This document shows, one piece after another, positions 24,493-35,694 of a stretch of DNA of 64,000 bases. Within the stretch, counting starts at the first letter, position 1. Each line of letters starts with the position of its first letter. This DNA comes from Macrostomum lignano (Eukaryota), in contig NIVC01000215.1 in NCBI GenBank assembly GCA_002269645.1, positions 248,001 through 312,000 on the forward strand. The letters are read 5' to 3'. The position numbers were made by a program, and so were the translations under genes. Under the pieces are notes generated by a model. The model had not been told where the DNA came from and did no database searches. It saw only the letters and a list, made by a program, of their open reading frames with translations.

Positions 24493-25768
24493 TTGGGGTG
24501 AGCCAAAAGTTTCCGGAACTTGAACAATTTAAAACTATAACAAATAGTGTCAAGAACAAACAGTTTACAGCAATGTGATGTAGTTGCCATTCAAGGCCCT
24601 GACCCTCTCCCATCTTGCTGGCAATGCCTCAATCCCCTCCCTCCAGAAGCTCGCAGGCTTTGAATCAATCCATTTCTGCACTGCCTGCTCCACATGTTGC
24701 TTGTTGGCAAACCGCTGTCCATCACAAAAGCTCTGGAGAGACCTGAACACATGGTAGTCGCATGGCGAGAGGTCTGGCGAGTATGGTGGGTGGGGCAAAA
24801 CACTGAAGCCCAGGCTTGCCAGCTTGGCCTGGGTGAGTCTTGCTTTGTGAGGCCGCGCATTGTCGAAGAGGAGCACCTTGTCGCGGTGGCCCGGGCACAC
24901 GGATCGCAGCAAACGGGCGACCTGCTCCAGTTCGCTGCAGATCACCTCCGCGTTCACAGCCATGCCATGCGGGATGACCTCCCAGAAAACAGGGCCAGAC
25001 GAGCAGAACCAGAAAGAGAGCAGCTCCTTGCCGCAGTGGGGGTTCCGCATTGGGCAGCTGGGTGGTTCTTCAGAAGCATCGACCCAGACGGCTGATGTGC
25101 TTGGGTTCTCATAGCAGACCCACTTCTCGTCTTGAGCGATTATCGACTTGAGAAAGTTTGGCGAACCGGCCTGGCGAAGATTCGAAGTTGCCACATCCAC
25201 CCTGGCTCTCAGCTGCTGAGGTGTCAGCTCATGGGGCACCAGAGTTGGCTTCTTCGGCACCTTGTCCGCAGCATGCAGGCTCCGCCGGACCGTGCCACAG
25301 GACACCCCAGTAGCAGCTGGCAGCTTGCGCACGCTGTAGTCCGGATTGTCCTCAAGGGCTTGGAGAACGGCATCGCCATCAGCAGCAGGGGGTCGGCCTG
25401 ACCTCGGCTTGTCCTTCAGCTGATAGTTCTCCTCAGCAAAGCGAGAGAACCAGTCGTACACCGACGACTTGGAGGGTGCATGTGGGCCCATCAGCTGCAA
25501 CAACTCGCGATGTGCCTCTGCTGCGTTGCGTCCCGCATGAAAGTGGTTGAGCAGAATTGCTCGCCATTCAGTTCTTGGCAGTTCCATTGGATGCGTTTGC
25601 TGCCTTAAGTAGGCAGGGTCTGGGGAACTGAGCGATGTTAAGCTAAAGAGTGATGATAAGGCTGGCCAACAGCATAGTAGATGGTTGCTGCTTTTAAGCT
25701 TTTCCATAGACAAAAATTAGCTAAAAGTTCGATTCTAAAAAATTCCGGAAACTTTTGGCTCACCCTAA
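24493..25768 (-). mobile_element. Full-length mariner (DD34D) transposon, 1276 bp
   Basis: 26-bp TIRs TTGGGGTGAGCCAAAAGTTTCCGGAA (24493-24518) and TTCCGGAAACTTTTGGCTCACCCTAA (25743-25768), one mismatch; TA target duplication at 24491 and 25769. Confidence 0.98.
24565..25587 (-). CDS. Mariner transposase, 340 aa, uninterrupted
   Basis: HTH region, PRSGRP, LVPHEL linker, catalytic AQDEKW, FDNARPH and YSPDLSPCDY with 34 residues between the last two Asp. Confidence 0.97.
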   Translation of the reverse strand: MELPRTEWRAILLNHFHAGRNAAEAHRELLQLMGPHAPSKSSVYDWFSRFAEENYQLKDKPRSGRPPAADGDAVLQALEDNPDYSVRKLPAATGVSCGTVRRSLHAADKVPKKPTLVPHELTPQQLRARVDVATSNLRQAGSPNFLKSIIAQDEKWVCYENPSTSAVWVDASEEPPSCPMRNPHCGKELLSFWFCSSGPVFWEVIPHGMAVNAEVICSELEQVARLLRSVCPGHRDKVLLFDNARPHKARLTQAKLASLGFSVLPHPPYSPDLSPCDYHVFRSLQSFCDGQRFANKQHVEQAVQKWIDSKPASFWREGIEALPARWERVRALNGNYITLL

Positions 25769-26957
25769 TACCATAGACCATATAAAATTGTGTTTGGTAG
25801 AACCCCTGAGCATTTCACAACCAGGATCTGAGGGAATTCCGCTGACTCCTGAGCACATGCAAAGGCTCCAATACTGTTACGCAAGCACGCACTCATGCAC
25901 ACGCTCACAAGGGGTGTACAGCTGCCCTTTTGAATTTCTGTGCCTTGGAGTCGTTGCCCGAGAGTCACACGAGTTTACAGCTGCTCCGACCCTCAGACTG
26001 AGTACTATAAGAACTTATTAATAAAATTATATACCTGGTGTAGCTGTCTGACTTGTGTAAATAAGAATTCCATCTATACACAAACAGCTTTATCACAAGT
26101 TAATGTCCTTTGCCAATGAAATTCCTGATTAACCGTGGATTGCTTTACATAAAGAAAGCAGAAAACTTTGTCGCAACCCTTTATGCTTGTACTATTAAAA
26201 CTTCAGTACACCATCGAGAACTTGTACATCGGAGACAATGCACTCCTAGTTCTGGACAGAACAGTCCTATTGCGGGGAATCCGGATTGGACTTTGCGGAA
26301 CAACTAGTTCTCTCTTCGGGGGGGGGGGGCATCTCTGAGTTAACACGTCCAACTCTCGAACCAAACTACCCTGATTCGATTCAATTGAACACATTCATTT
26401 GGGGCTTGTGTGCCCCCCAGTGGGTTGTCGTGCGATGGCACAGATCAGAGTGTATATGCCTGACGATTAGAAAGTCGGGATTGCTGTACACCTGCTAACA
26501 CCTGCGTATCCATGACTTCTTTCTAACGCTCTGGCTGCGAGTCAGTCTCCAAACCTCATTGCTTAACTTAACTAAACTAATTTTCAACCTCTTCAGATCC
26601 CTATTAAGAACAGAAAAGTCTAGAGAAAAAAGTCAGTTGTAGCGTTTTGATTCGCACGAACAATGACACAAGCTCGGTGTACTATTACGACTACATGCCA
26701 ACCGGCGGTGCCACCTATTTGACTGGCAGGCATCGCTGCTTCAAAACCGAAAGTCGGAGCCCCAGAAAGTGGCAATGTTAGTCATTTTGATTGTTTCTGT
26801 ACTTCACAACAGCCAAACCCCCTAGCTAACAATGTCGTTCATATTCAGTAACGTGTGAAGGGACCAGCGAGCAAAAGTGCCCTTAAAGATAGCGGCATCA
26901 GGGTCGTAGCCAGAATGATCTTTCCATTCCAAGGGCGCGTCTTTGGAGGGGGGCTTC

Positions 26958-27146
26958 AGCACCAGGGGTTTAAGCACCAGGGGATTTAGAACCAGGGGCT
27001 TTAGCACCAGGGGCGCCAGCACTAGGGGCGCCAGAACCAGGGGCGCCAGCACCAGGGGCGCTAGCACCAGGGGCGCCAGCACCAGGGGCGCTAGCACCAG
27101 GGGCGCCAGCACCAGGGGCGCCAGCACCAGGGGCGCCAGCACCAGT
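26958..27146 (+). repeat. 15-bp minisatellite
   Basis: AGCACCAGGGGCGCC units; left units read GGGGCTTTAGCACC. Confidence 0.95.
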
Positions 27147-28717
27147 TGACAAACTCCGAATTAGTGAGTTAGAGTTAATTAGGACGGTTCGCTGTTGCTG
27201 AGCTCATTTCTACAAGGTACGAGTATATTCGAGAAAACCTTTTAACAAATATTTCAGGCCTGGGACCCCGCCTCTCCAGAATCATTGGTTTCAGCACGCT
27301 AACAAAAATAATCCATGGTCAAACTGACGGACTCAATGGCATCAGAACAATGGCAGTCGGCCTGTTACTTATTTCGCTGAGAGCGCTGAAAACAATGATA
27401 ACAGTTTATGGACCTACCTGGGTCCCAGTAATTATGAGGAGAGCGTACTGAAGCAGGGCAATAATTTTTTGGCAGCTCGACTCGACGAATGGAAGCTGGT
27501 CCCGGCCGTATTCGGTCCAGGAGTAACTGGGCAAGCGTGCAACTTGTACAGTCACGGAAACTGGAGCGGTGAGTTGATAACTGTGTCAGTAATTACATGT
27601 GCGTGTTATATACTTTAGAGTCGTTACACTATGTCCAATAGCTATCAACAAAAATTCAGCGCAATAAAAACCATGCACAAACTACTTTTTGCAAGGAGCT
27701 ACAGTAGCTTAGATGATTTTTATAATAAAAATCCCAATACTTTGTGAAAATCAGACTAATTAAGTAATTATTTCCTATGCGTATTTCTGTAGCTTGAGAC
27801 TTTTATCGTTTTCTAAGAAATAAAGTGCCGGGCCTTTATACCATGTACTTTTAGCGTTCTATTTAGCACTCTTTTTGAACCCCCACAGATTTTCGAGTGC
27901 ATGCAGTTTACTCCATCAGATCTCACCTCGAATTGTTCATAACTTTCAGTGTGCTACGATGGAATCTATTATCAGGATGAAAATGCGCTGCCATGGAACG
28001 ACTGCCCATTGTGTCCTACGAACTGATTCAAGATTTATAATCGTCTTATAATAACTATTTATATATAATGAATCTGTACTTTTGATTCAATATTTACACA
28101 CTGGCAGCAGGCGTATATGCACATGTGCACTTATTAGTTAAAAGTGAGCACCTTGTGCGTTCATGGCAACGCACATGGAAGTACTGTCCCGATTTGCATT
28201 GCTTACGAGCTATATTTTGCCTTTATTATCTGTACACCAACATGCAGGACAGGCCGAAAAACATGTGTATGAACAATGCACATGTGCAGTACATGAAAGT
28301 GACCGGCTCAACCATGGTGTAGTTCAATCTATTATTTTTTCAAGGTTGCACGAGTATTAGGTATGCAAACTTACTACTGTAAGTGATAGTCCACTTATGC
28401 TAAATTTTATTTTATAAATCAGAAATCTTTTGACCGAAATTTTAGTAAAATAAAGAAAGCACACATTAGACTACCAGCAGTAACTTCCTAAAGATTATTA
28501 TTAAATAATAACTTTTCGATTTTTTTACTCGATAATTTTTTAATAGTTTGAAAAGTTATCACGTAGGTCCCTAATCAGTCAGAATCTTTCAGACAAGCAG
28601 AAACTGCTTTAGAAGGGACAAAGATGAGTAATTAATTGGTCAATATAAACAGCAGCAAAGTTGGTTTCCTGCTTAATCTCAAATTGAGTTCAGAAAGATG
28701 GTTGCGATCCTTGGTTT

Positions 28718-29479
28718 TCAATCGAACGGTGAGACACACTGGCAGATCACGGCGTTCACACTCGGACTGTTGTCAGCGAAGTCGGACAGCAGCAGGCCAT
28801 GGTGATGATCGACGGCCGTGGCATTCTCGTACACCCCTCCGTTTGGCTCGGTGGCGGCCCAGAGACCGCTGTCGATGCTAAGGCCGCACTTCGCCCAGGA
28901 CCAGCTGCCGCCCGGCTGCTGGTGTCCGCCCAGCCACACACTGGTCAGCGGCGATAGCGACTCGTTGCGCAGCTGGTCCAGGTGAGTGAGCTCAGCCAGG
29001 TCCACACCGTTCGCCATGATGGTCAGGTCGCCGTAGGACTCGCACCGCTGCTTGCTCAGCCACCAGTTTCCGCTGCCGTTGGACGCTCCGTACTTCACTC
29101 CGCAGCGGCTGTGGCCAAAGCCGGACGGGCACAGCGAGCCCTCGGGCAGACCGGATCGCTGCTTCACGAACAGCCGGCCGCGCTGTGAGCAGCCGCAGTC
29201 CGAGCGCACCGTCGGGCTGCAGGCGTCGAACACGTACAGCTGGCACGTACTGCCGTCGGAATCGTCGTCCGACCTGAGGGCTTGACAGCGCTGGTTTTCG
29301 CTGCACAGCATCGCGCACTGTCGAACGCCGTTAACACCGAGGTGCGTCTCGACAAACTCGCTGGCTATGCACAGGAAAGCGTCGGACACGGCCGAGTAGC
29401 TGCTGACGATGCCGCTAGTCAGAGTTGGAGGCGGAACCCCCACCACGAACAGTAGAAGCAGCATCTTCATCTTGAGCAT
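28718..29479 (-). CDS. Intronless secreted PAN/apple + C-type lectin domain protein, 253 aa
   Basis: Leader MKMLLLLFVVGV; PAN-like QCAMLCSENQRCQAL...TCQLY; CTLD with W..SKQRC, VWLGG, WSW, W...EPNG, terminal VICQ. Confidence 0.8.
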   Translation of the reverse strand: MLKMKMLLLLFVVGVPPPTLTSGIVSSYSAVSDAFLCIASEFVETHLGVNGVRQCAMLCSENQRCQALRSDDDSDGSTCQLYVFDACSPTVRSDCGCSQRGRLFVKQRSGLPEGSLCPSGFGHSRCGVKYGASNGSGNWWLSKQRCESYGDLTIMANGVDLAELTHLDQLRNESLSPLTSVWLGGHQQPGGSWSWAKCGLSIDSGLWAATEPNGGVYENATAVDHHHGLLLSDFADNSPSVNAVICQCVSPFD

Positions 29480-30199
29480 AGCTTTGTTGCAGGGCTTTGC
29501 AGAGGCGCGGTTTCAATCCAAATGCAACTGAGTTCCCCACTGGTACCACCCCATGCAGTGCTCATGGGCATGAATACGCGCAATGAGGCCAGAAAATATG
29601 TTATGCTTTGTTGCCAAGGTAACACAATTGGTTTCTGGGGAGGGGGAGAGAATGCTTCCAATAGATTAATCGATAAACTGGATGGTCTACAGTTAGCTGC
29701 GCAAAATTTTTTGGACAATTATATTTCCTGGACTGTACATTGACCGTGGGGATGCTAACAGCTGAGGTTGAGACGAGAGCCCAACTCTCACGCCAACACC
29801 CATCATTATTGGGGGGGGGGTGTTAAAACTTTTGAGATGATTTTTGAGCCTAATTAAATATCCCTAGCTCTCTGATTATATGGCATGTGTGATGAGATTC
29901 TGCTCAGTCATCAAGTTAGATAAGTTTTTATCGTTATTAGCCAACCTGTCGCTTATGGCCGCTGGCTACACTCCTTTTTAATGAGCATGCAGGCTACCCA
30001 TTAGCTATAGCGGTCTGAGCTTGCGTGAACAACATACAGCAGGCAGAATGGGGAGACTCCAACGGTTTTAATTATAACGACTTTTAACGGACTCGCCTTG
30101 TCCAAGTCTCGGCATTTGCCCTGGAGGACTATCTTGAGATATACATGTTGATGCTATGTACACTGGTATGATCGAGAGCCGATCCCGAAGCAACAGAGT

Positions 30200-30545
30200 T
30201 TGCATGTGTACATGTACAATTGTGTAAGTGTGCATGTGTACATGTACAATTGTGTGTAAGTGTGCATGTGTACATGTACAATTGTGTGTAAGTGTGCATG
30301 TGTACATGTACAATTGTGTGTAAGTGTGCATGTGTACATGTACAATTGTGTGTAAGTGTGCAAGTGTACATGTACAATTGTGTGTAAGTTTGCATGTGTA
30401 CATGTACAATTGTGTAAGTGTGCATGTGTACATGTACAATTGTGTGTAAGTGTGCATGTGTACATGTACAATTGTGTGTAAGTGTGCATGTGTATATGTA
30501 AAATTGTGTGTAAGTGTGCATGTGTATATGTAAAATTGTGTATGT
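30200..30545 (+). repeat. 32-bp minisatellite
   Basis: TGTGCATGTGTACATGTACAATTGTGTGTAAG units. Confidence 0.95.
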
Positions 30546-31773
30546 GTGTGCAGCTGTCGTTTTTCGAGTTGCATTGATTTGCGTAACTCAAGATCGGGCT
30601 CATAGTTGACGTTAAATTGCCCCATTCTATATGGCTTCCCCATGAGGCTGGCAGCTGCGCACACTCGCTGACCGTTAAACAAAAGTTACTCATAACTGCT
30701 GTATTTTAAGTCAATTTTGCATGAAAATTAAGTTTTACATTTTGATTTGCAAAATTCTAAAGGTCGCGTGTTCTTAAAACTGCGATGATGACCGAGCGGT
30801 TGATGACATAAATAGATTGAATGACACAGAGGTCTCTGTCAGAGAGGTCCGCGGTTTTATACCATGCAGGTTGGTCGAGGTCCAGTTTATTACAGTAGTA
30901 CATGTACACGTACTGTATTTGTACAGGAAATTTAATTTGCCTCCGAAAACTTTCAAAATCGTTGAGTTTCACGTCCTGTTATTCTAGTGGTCCTTATAGT
31001 ACATGCAGACGAGTTATAATCGTGTGTCATGCTTCAAAAAGAACGCAATATATATATATATTATATACATGCCAGCTACAATATAATGATCGACGTCGCC
31101 GCGAGGTCGATCGACGTAATTTCGACGTCTAAAGTAGGGACTCGCTTACAATGTAAATTTACATTGTACCGACGTTCAGCCGACGTATGAAGTCGTTATC
31201 CGGCGATGTCATGTAAAAATAAATATTGGCCAACGACGTCGATAGAAATCGGAAACCGTCGGCCGATGTCGCTGACGTCGGATTGCTAGCTGTACGGAAT
31301 GCATTACAGTACTGTAAATGAAATCGATTTCTTAAAAGGGGGTGGCAAATACACCAACCTATTGCCTATTAGGGAGAGGTGAAAGCCGTTTTAATTGGGG
31401 TTTTAATTTCTTGGATGTGGTTTTCTACAATGCAGTCAAATTCGTCAAATATGTCAAATATAAATGCTAAAATTAAATATTTTAGTTCAAAGTAAAAGTC
31501 TAGCATTACTTGACAGACTTTTATAAAATTATTAACTGTTTATTTTTCTGATAGTTTTTATATTATTGTTTTTATTCTTGTACACATTGCAAAATATATT
31601 TGGAATTGCCTTTTTCCGAGAACCGAACTGGAAAGTGTCGATTGGCCTACAAACAGCTCAGTTTAGTTTAGGCCTAGTCTATATGTGCAGGTATCCTCTT
31701 TAATAAGGATCGTTATTCGTTAATAAGTGTACGTCTTCAAAATTTTTCATATCTACTATACAATAAACAAGTC

Positions 31774-34500
31774 ATGAGTTCTGTTGCCCTGTGTGCTAGC
31801 TTCTTTTTTTTCTCCCTGCTTGTCAGCGTCACTTTTGCAACGTCGCAGTCAGATGCTCCATCCCCTTATCTCCAGATGTTTGATGTAAAGCCTGGAGGAG
31901 TTCAGCATGAATTCAGTATGGAACGTGTAAGTTGATTCTTTATTAGTGTGTCAATTATTATTTTATGCATTTAAAAATGTGTTAAATATTCTATCTGTAC
32001 AGTTAGCAACCATTACCTTATCATTGGAATTTTTAATAGCACAACTTCCATACACTATGCAACTTTAATGATGAAATAGTGTCATATTCCAGCTTGTGTT
32101 ATACTATGCATATTCTGAAATTAAATTCAGTCTCTTTTCATATAAACTATATACCTATTCATATGAGTCAATATAAAGATATTGATGTTTATAATATGAG
32201 GGCTGTCCCAAAACACCAAAAATAGAGTTAATTTTTATTATATCTCTGATGTCTTATTATATTATATCTTATTATTATCATTCTAATGATCCAAATAATA
32301 CCATTTTGCACCATTTTATAGTTGCAACTCTCTTTTATATTAACTTTAACATCTTTAAAATCAAACAATGGAAACAAAAGTTATGAACAAAATTGTAACA
32401 GGAGCTTGACCTTGACCATAGACTTATAGTAAATCAAAAAGCTAGCAGAAAGTAGCAAAAATACTTTTGAATGAATGCACTCAGACTTTTTTGTTAGGCT
32501 GCTATGACAAAGAGATATCTATAGAAAAACTTAAAGAAATTTAAAACTTTTAAAGTGGCAGAATATTTCCCACTGGGCTTCAGCTTCATTGCCTTTTGTT
32601 CCCTCTTTGCTGCACTAAAAATCATGGATGTGCATTTAAGTGTTTTTAAGGAAGTATGATTTATACCCTTTAGAGGACAAAGCACAGTTTAGCCAATATT
32701 AATATATAACTTTTATCAGCTCAGGGGTATAATGCAGTCATTTACTGCAGTCATTTTACACATTTACTATATAGCCAGTTACCCATTTATCAGCTTCCAT
32801 TCAATACTTTGCTTTGCTAGCTTGTTGATTTATTATAAGTCTATGGTTGAACTCCTGCTAAATTTTTGTTCATAACTTTTATTTCACATTGTTTTTAAAG
32901 ATGTTAAAGTTAATGTAAAGAAGAGAGTTTCTATAATAAAATGGTGCAACATGATTTTGATTATCAGAATGTGTGATATAGGCCTAATTAAAAGTAGGGC
33001 CTAACATTATTTTTGGAACAGCCTTTGTAGTATTTGATATTTGGAATCTAATTAAAAACAATATTTTCAAATTCTAAGTATTATAATTGGTTGTAATGAT
33101 AAAGTTCATTGTTAAGATACCTTAATAAATCTATCATTTCAGGACGGAATCAAATGCACTTTCACCTACATGTGCCAAGGTGGCACTAATGAGGTAAGCA
33201 AGTCAAGTTTTTATATTAACTAATTGTCTAATTGATAGTGGCTATTGATTTAAAATCCAGTTGCAGTTAATAGATTAGCTAGAATTTTTTATCTTTTAGG
33301 GTTTTAATAAATTTATAGGATTTATAGGTATACAAAGTTTGCTAGCAATCTATGCCCTATTTGGGAACAACCATAAAGTATTTAAAATGTTTTAATCAGC
33401 TATATGCATGTTTTGACCTTGCATAGTCAGTATCAGTTCTTTCAAGGAAAATGATACTTAAAGAAAAAAATACATGAGCCCTGAGCCATCTAGCCTAAGA
33501 AATCAGCATCCCTTATGAGCTTTGGCATTGAAGCCTCCCTTTGAGCCATCACTTAGCAACCTACCAACAGCTCTCAATTGACACTTGGCATCTCAGCAAT
33601 CCCCCCATGAGCCACAGCATTTCACCAAGAGCTTTGATGTCCCAGCAACAGCGCTACCCCTCCTCCCAATAAAGCCTAGACAATCTCAGCAATTCCCAAT
33701 GAGCTTTGACATCTGAGCAATAGATGTAAATTAGCAATCTTGTGCCCCCCCTTCGTGGCAGCCAATAAGCAAGAGACAAAAAATATTTTTGAGAATCCTT
33801 TGAAATAAAAGCACATTTTCTTAAAAACATTCCTAATTCAGTTATGATGTAAATAAATAAGCTTATTTGAGTAAAATTTTTCAAAGAATGGAAAAAATTA
33901 AAAAATTACATGTAGCTTCTGATCTCTTAGCCTTGATATATCTTAGCAATTCCCGCAGTAAGCCTTGCCATTTCAGCAATTCCCCCCAAGCCTTGACATC
34001 TCAGCAATTCCCCCAGTATGCCTTGAGATCTCAGCAATTCCCCCATGAGCGTTGACATCTTAGAGAATTTCAGAGAGTTTTTTCCTCTCTTGAGATCCAC
34101 ATTCAGGTTTGGTAAATTTGGAAACTTGCAAACTTTCAAATCAAATCAGATCAGTATCAATGAGTAAAGTAACTAAAATTTGTTATTTTCTTTAAACCCT
34201 GTGTTGCAGAAGTGGCGCATGTTGATTACGCAAATCCACGAAGTTGGAACCTATGGCTGCGTTGTGGAACGCGAGTCTGGCACCAGCTATTTATTCTTCC
34301 AATCGTTCACATTGGCCCTGCAGGGCGAAGCAGAGGCCCATCAGGCCCACGCATTCGGCAATGGCGGTCGCGAGTTGAAACCGGAGGAATTCAAATTCGA
34401 CAAAGCTGCCGCTAAAGTGCAGAATAGCGACAAGTTCGGGGCTGAGTTGGCTAGGCTAGCCTTGGAATTCTCTGCCACTGGAAAGCGAAGCGATTTGTAA
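31774..34500 (+). CDS. MYDGF: Myeloid-derived growth factor (C19orf10) orthologue, 164 aa; exons 31774-31926, 33143-33193, 34210-34500
   Basis: Phase-0 junctions; signal peptide; FDVKPGG, CTFTYMCQGGTNEKW, SYLFF, LKPEEF match recalled human FDVRPGG, CMFTYASQGGTNEQW, SYLYF, LKTEEF; C-terminal RSDL parallels RTEL. Confidence 0.92.
32198..33026. mobile_element. Old foldback/MITE-like element in MYDGF intron 1
   Basis: Imperfect inverted arms about 32198-32480 vs 32790-33026 (e.g. TTAACTTTAACATCTTTAAAA, AAAAGTTATGAACAAAA, CCATAGACTTATA and their reverse complements). Confidence 0.75.
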
Positions 34501-35694
34501 AGCTTTTGCCAGTGCCACGGGCTGATGCGTCATATACTACTTAACTTGTCAGTAGTTGAAATTGTGACAGTGTCTTAACTTTTTGGACTTTTGCATTGCA
34601 TATGATTGTCTCAAGAACAAATCAAGGAGTAATTAAGTTGTCCTTGGCTTGTCTGTGGTAGAACTTCATGAAACAAATAGTTTGATAAACTTGTGAATTG
34701 CATATTGGACACAACACGTGCTGGCTTCGTTTGGAATTGATCGAAGTGTCTGTCATTTCACAGTAATGACCTATGATAAATGACCGGTGGACAAGGATGT
34801 CCGCCTTGCTATGTTCCGCGGTCTCCAGATTGCAGATCCTGGTGACTCCTAGGAGAAGATGAACATAAGGTACATCGATTTTCGAGATCAATAAGGATTT
34901 ACATTATGAGTAGATTCATAGCCCATAAGGTAGGGTATAGGGAGTTTAGTGCTAATAACTTAAATTGGCACAATTTGGAGTGCTCCTGACCTATCAGCTC
35001 TCGAGCTCAGTCAAATCTGAGTTTTTTCCTCGATTGCCTCTTCTGCCTAGAAGTTGTTTTGCACTTTTTTATTTAATGTTATTGACCACCGCTGCTCCAT
35101 CCTGTCTTGGTCCAGTTCAACTTGTCTATAAAGTTATTTCATTTCACAATTACTGGTTCTATACATGTAAGCTATGTGCTTAGTAAGAAGTAGAGTTTAG
35201 TTACTGTACCTTGACTTCTGCTATTCAATAATCTAAATAGTGTAATTTTTCGTGCCAATTCAAATAAATGCTGATCACTAGGTGTTTTCTGGCTTATCCT
35301 ACTCAAAAAGTAATTAGCTATTTAAAATGTTCAGATTATACTTTTTATTTAAAAACTATTTTACTACCATAAGTAGCAACTGTAGGCTTTTCTGAGAGTG
35401 ATAAGTAAAACTAGACTTTTAACAAAATAAGCGAAACAAGCGAGATTTTAAACAAAGTAGTTTTGGACAATAATAATAAAAGTTAGGGAAATTTTCTATG
35501 AGAAGTATCAGAAATCTTATATGCAAATTAGTAAGTGTGGACAAGTAAAGAATATCCCAACAGACAGTTATAAATAAAATGATATTTATATTATGGTAAA
35601 TGATATTGCATTATTGTAGCACAGATTGCATTTGCAGAAAATCTGTTTTTAGTTTTTTTAATAGAAACATTTTTGTTGCGAGCTTACGATAACA

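Larger units (their letters stand above)
24179..28025 (+). pseudogene. Decayed exons incl. an F5/8 type C (discoidin) exon; last exons about 27258-27569 and 27951-28025
   Basis: CSKSLGMNNTMQDC*ISS...ARPNSVGWVP...VSRIAVH...YKTMDGRTF resembles F5/8C with TAG at 24224 where Gln is usual; donor GTGAGT at 24477; AGC G|GT at 27569 joins CAG|TG at 27951 in frame to VCYDGIYY...CPLCPTN*; in-frame TGA at 27325. Confidence 0.5.

Noticed and set aside
26450-26491. Minimal hammerhead ribozyme (CTGACGA...GAAA...GTC)
   Set aside because: Only 3 nt between CTGACGA and GAAA and none between GAAA and GTC, so stems II and III cannot form; a simple hairpin explains it, and the 8456 copy lacks the core.
27325-27327. 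In-frame TGA as selenocysteine or readthrough
   Set aside because: Same locus has TAG/TAA stops and a frameshift; no SECIS recognised; decay or a later acceptor is simpler.
31085-31290. CGACGT-rich palindromic patches (also about 48160-48470 and 60960-61270) as regulatory CpG islands
   Set aside because: Short shared motifs point to degraded MITE-like repeats; boundaries could not be defined.
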